40,984 nucleotides of DNA from the IMG/VR virus record IMGVR_UViG_2541047851_000005, one strand, 5' to 3'. The position numbers were made by a program, and so were the translations under genes. The DNA is from a virus (taxonomy: Duplodnaviria > Heunggongvirae > Uroviricota > Caudoviricetes). Shown piece by piece: positions 39,287-40,984 of the stretch. Within the stretch, counting starts at the first letter, position 1. Each line of letters begins with the position of its first letter. The notes under the pieces are model-generated. The model saw nothing but the letters and a program-made list of their open reading frames with translations. It did no database searches and was not told where the DNA came from.

Positions 39287-39760
39287 ATGAAAACATTGTC
39301 TCAGAACACCACCTCTTCGGCCTGTGCACCGGAGACTGGCCTGCAACAACTGGTTGCCACCATAGTCCCTGATGAACAGCGCATCAGCTTCTGGCCGCAG
39401 CATTTTGGCCTCATTCCACAGTGGGTGACCCTGGAGCCCCGGGTCTTCGGCTGGATGGACCGTCTGTATGAAGACTACTGCGGTGGTATCTGGAATCTGT
39501 ACACCCTGAACAACGGTGGCGCATTTATGGCACCCGAACCGGATGACGATGATGACGAAACATGGGTACTGTTCAATGCCATGAACGGTAACCGCGCTGA
39601 AATGAGCCCGGAAGCCGCCGGCATTGCTGCCTGTCTGATGACGTACAGTCATCACGCCTGCCGTACGGAGTGTTATGCCATGACGGTTCATTATTACCGT
39701 CTGCGGGATTACGCCCTGCAACATCCGGAATACGACGCCATTATGCGCATCATTGACTGA
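39287..39760 (+). CDS. Antirestriction protein (KlcA/ArdB family, YfjX/YafX-like)
   Basis: Start at ATG 39287 (MKTLSQNTTSSACAPETG...); acidic DDDDDE stretch; matches recalled YfjX/YafX. Confidence 0.8.
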   Translation: MKTLSQNTTSSACAPETGLQQLVATIVPDEQRISFWPQHFGLIPQWVTLEPRVFGWMDRLYEDYCGGIWNLYTLNNGGAFMAPEPDDDDDETWVLFNAMNGNRAEMSPEAAGIAACLMTYSHHACRTECYAMTVHYYRLRDYALQHPEYDAIMRIID

Positions 39761-39775
39761 AAGGGGGCAGGAACA

Positions 39776-40252
39776 ATGCAACAGATTTCCTTTCTGCCCG
39801 GAGAGATGACGCCCGGCGAGCGCAGTCTCATTCTGCGGGCCCTGAAAACCCTGGACCGTCATCTTCATGAACCCGGTGTGGCCTTCACCTCCACCCGTGC
39901 GGCACGGGAATGGCTGATTCTGAACATGGCGGGACTGGAGCGTGAAGAATTCCGGGTGCTATATCTGAATAACCAGAATCAGCTGATTGCCGGTGAAACC
40001 CTCTTCACCGGCACCATCAACCGCACGGAAGTCCATCCCCGGGAAGTGATTAAATGCGCCCTGTATCACAATGCCGCAGCCGTGGTGCTGGCACACAATC
40101 ACCCGTCCGGTGAAGTCACCCCCAGTAAGGCAGACCGCCTTATCACGGAACGTCTGGTACAGGCACTGGCCCTGGTGGATATCCGGGTACCGGACCATCT
40201 GATAGTTGGTGGCAGTCAGGTTTTCTCTTTTGCGGAACACGGTCTGCTTTAA
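39776..40252 (+). CDS. RadC-like JAB-domain protein (YeeS/YfjY/YkfG family)
   Basis: 158-aa ORF with HNHPSG metal-binding motif. Confidence 0.85.
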   Translation: MQQISFLPGEMTPGERSLILRALKTLDRHLHEPGVAFTSTRAAREWLILNMAGLEREEFRVLYLNNQNQLIAGETLFTGTINRTEVHPREVIKCALYHNAAAVVLAHNHPSGEVTPSKADRLITERLVQALALVDIRVPDHLIVGGSQVFSFAEHGLL

Positions 40253-40320
40253 CCCGTCACCGTCACAACCACATCACACCTGTTTTCACTTTTATCTTCT
40301 GTCTTCAGAGGTATCACACT

Positions 40321-40542
40321 ATGAAAATCATCACCCGTGGTGAAGCCATGCGTATTCACCGTCAGCATCCGGCATCCCGTCTTTTTCCGTTCTGCACCGG
40401 TAAGTACCGCTGGCACGGCAGTGCTGAGACGTATACCGGTCGTGAAGTACAGGATATTCCCGGTGTGCTGGCCGTGTTTGCTGAACGCCGTAAGGACAGT
40501 TTTGGCCCGTATGTCCGGCTGATGAGCGTCACTCTGAACTGA
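40321..40542 (+). CDS. DUF987 protein (YeeT/YpjJ/YkfH family)
   Basis: 73-aa ORF MKIITRGEAMRIHRQHPASRLFPFCTGKYRWHGSAE... Confidence 0.75.
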   Translation: MKIITRGEAMRIHRQHPASRLFPFCTGKYRWHGSAETYTGREVQDIPGVLAVFAERRKDSFGPYVRLMSVTLN

Positions 40543-40615
40543 GTCAGGAGAAATGATGAGCCGAATTATCGCTGCCACCGGACCATTCTTAACTGATTTC
40601 TGTGAGGACTTTATC

Positions 40616-40984
40616 GTGTCAGACACACTGCCCGGGACAACGCATCCCGACGACAATCACGACCGCCTCTGGTGGGGACTGCCCTGCACCGTGACGCCCT
40701 GTTTCGGGGCACGTCTGGTGCAGAAGGGTAACCGGTTGCATTACCTTGCCGACCGCGCCGGTATCAGAGGCCGGTTCAGCGATGCAGATGCATACCACCT
40801 GGACCAGGCCTTTCCGCTGCTGATGAAACAACTGGAACTCATGCTCACCAGCGGTGAACTGAATCCCCGCCATCAGCATACCGTGACACTGTATGCGAAG
40901 GGGCTGACCTGTGAAGCCGACACCCTCGGCTCCTGTGGTTACGTTTATCTGGCTGTTTATCCGACGCCCGAAACGAAAACGTAA
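40616..40984 (+). CDS. cbeA: CbeA/YeeU-family antitoxin (partner toxin CbtA expected just beyond window end)
   Basis: Start at GTG 40616 (VSDTLPGTTHPDDNHDR...), 122 aa, ends at TAA 40982-84; matches recalled YeeU. Confidence 0.8.
   Translation: MSDTLPGTTHPDDNHDRLWWGLPCTVTPCFGARLVQKGNRLHYLADRAGIRGRFSDADAYHLDQAFPLLMKQLELMLTSGELNPRHQHTVTLYAKGLTCEADTLGSCGYVYLAVYPTPETKT

Noticed and set aside
1-40984. CRISPR arrays, tRNA or rRNA genes, and integrase or attachment-site repeats for the CP4-like island
   Set aside because: No regularly spaced short direct repeats, no cloverleaf-like conserved tRNA motifs and no rRNA-like stretches seen; the island integrase end is presumably outside the window.

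Overview
About 85% of this window (1 to ~34,920) is a Mu/D108-like transposable prophage in inverted orientation, with almost all phage genes on the minus strand. The order is mom-com-gin, the Gin-invertible G segment with two gix sites, then tail, head, lysis, C, mor, early genes, gam, kil, B, A and ner. The prophage appears defective in two ways. First, the left end is missing: no c repressor gene or attL, and the phage sequence stops in the ner operator region and abuts a start-less ORF. Second, in-frame stop codons cluster only in the right-end 4.3 kb (one amber in mom, at least seven stops in the two paralogous tail-fibre variable cassettes), while every other phage gene is intact. Beyond the junction, a 5'-truncated ORF is translationally coupled to a patatin-like phospholipase with intact catalytic motifs; this is my best candidate for an undescribed (possibly defence) system. 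It is followed by an Ivy-like periplasmic protein, a small secreted protein, and a CP4-like island module (YfjQ-like, antirestriction, RadC-like, DUF987, CbeA antitoxin). No rRNA, tRNA or CRISPR array was seen. All calls rest on reading the six-frame translations and sequence by eye and on recalled family knowledge; no searches were run.
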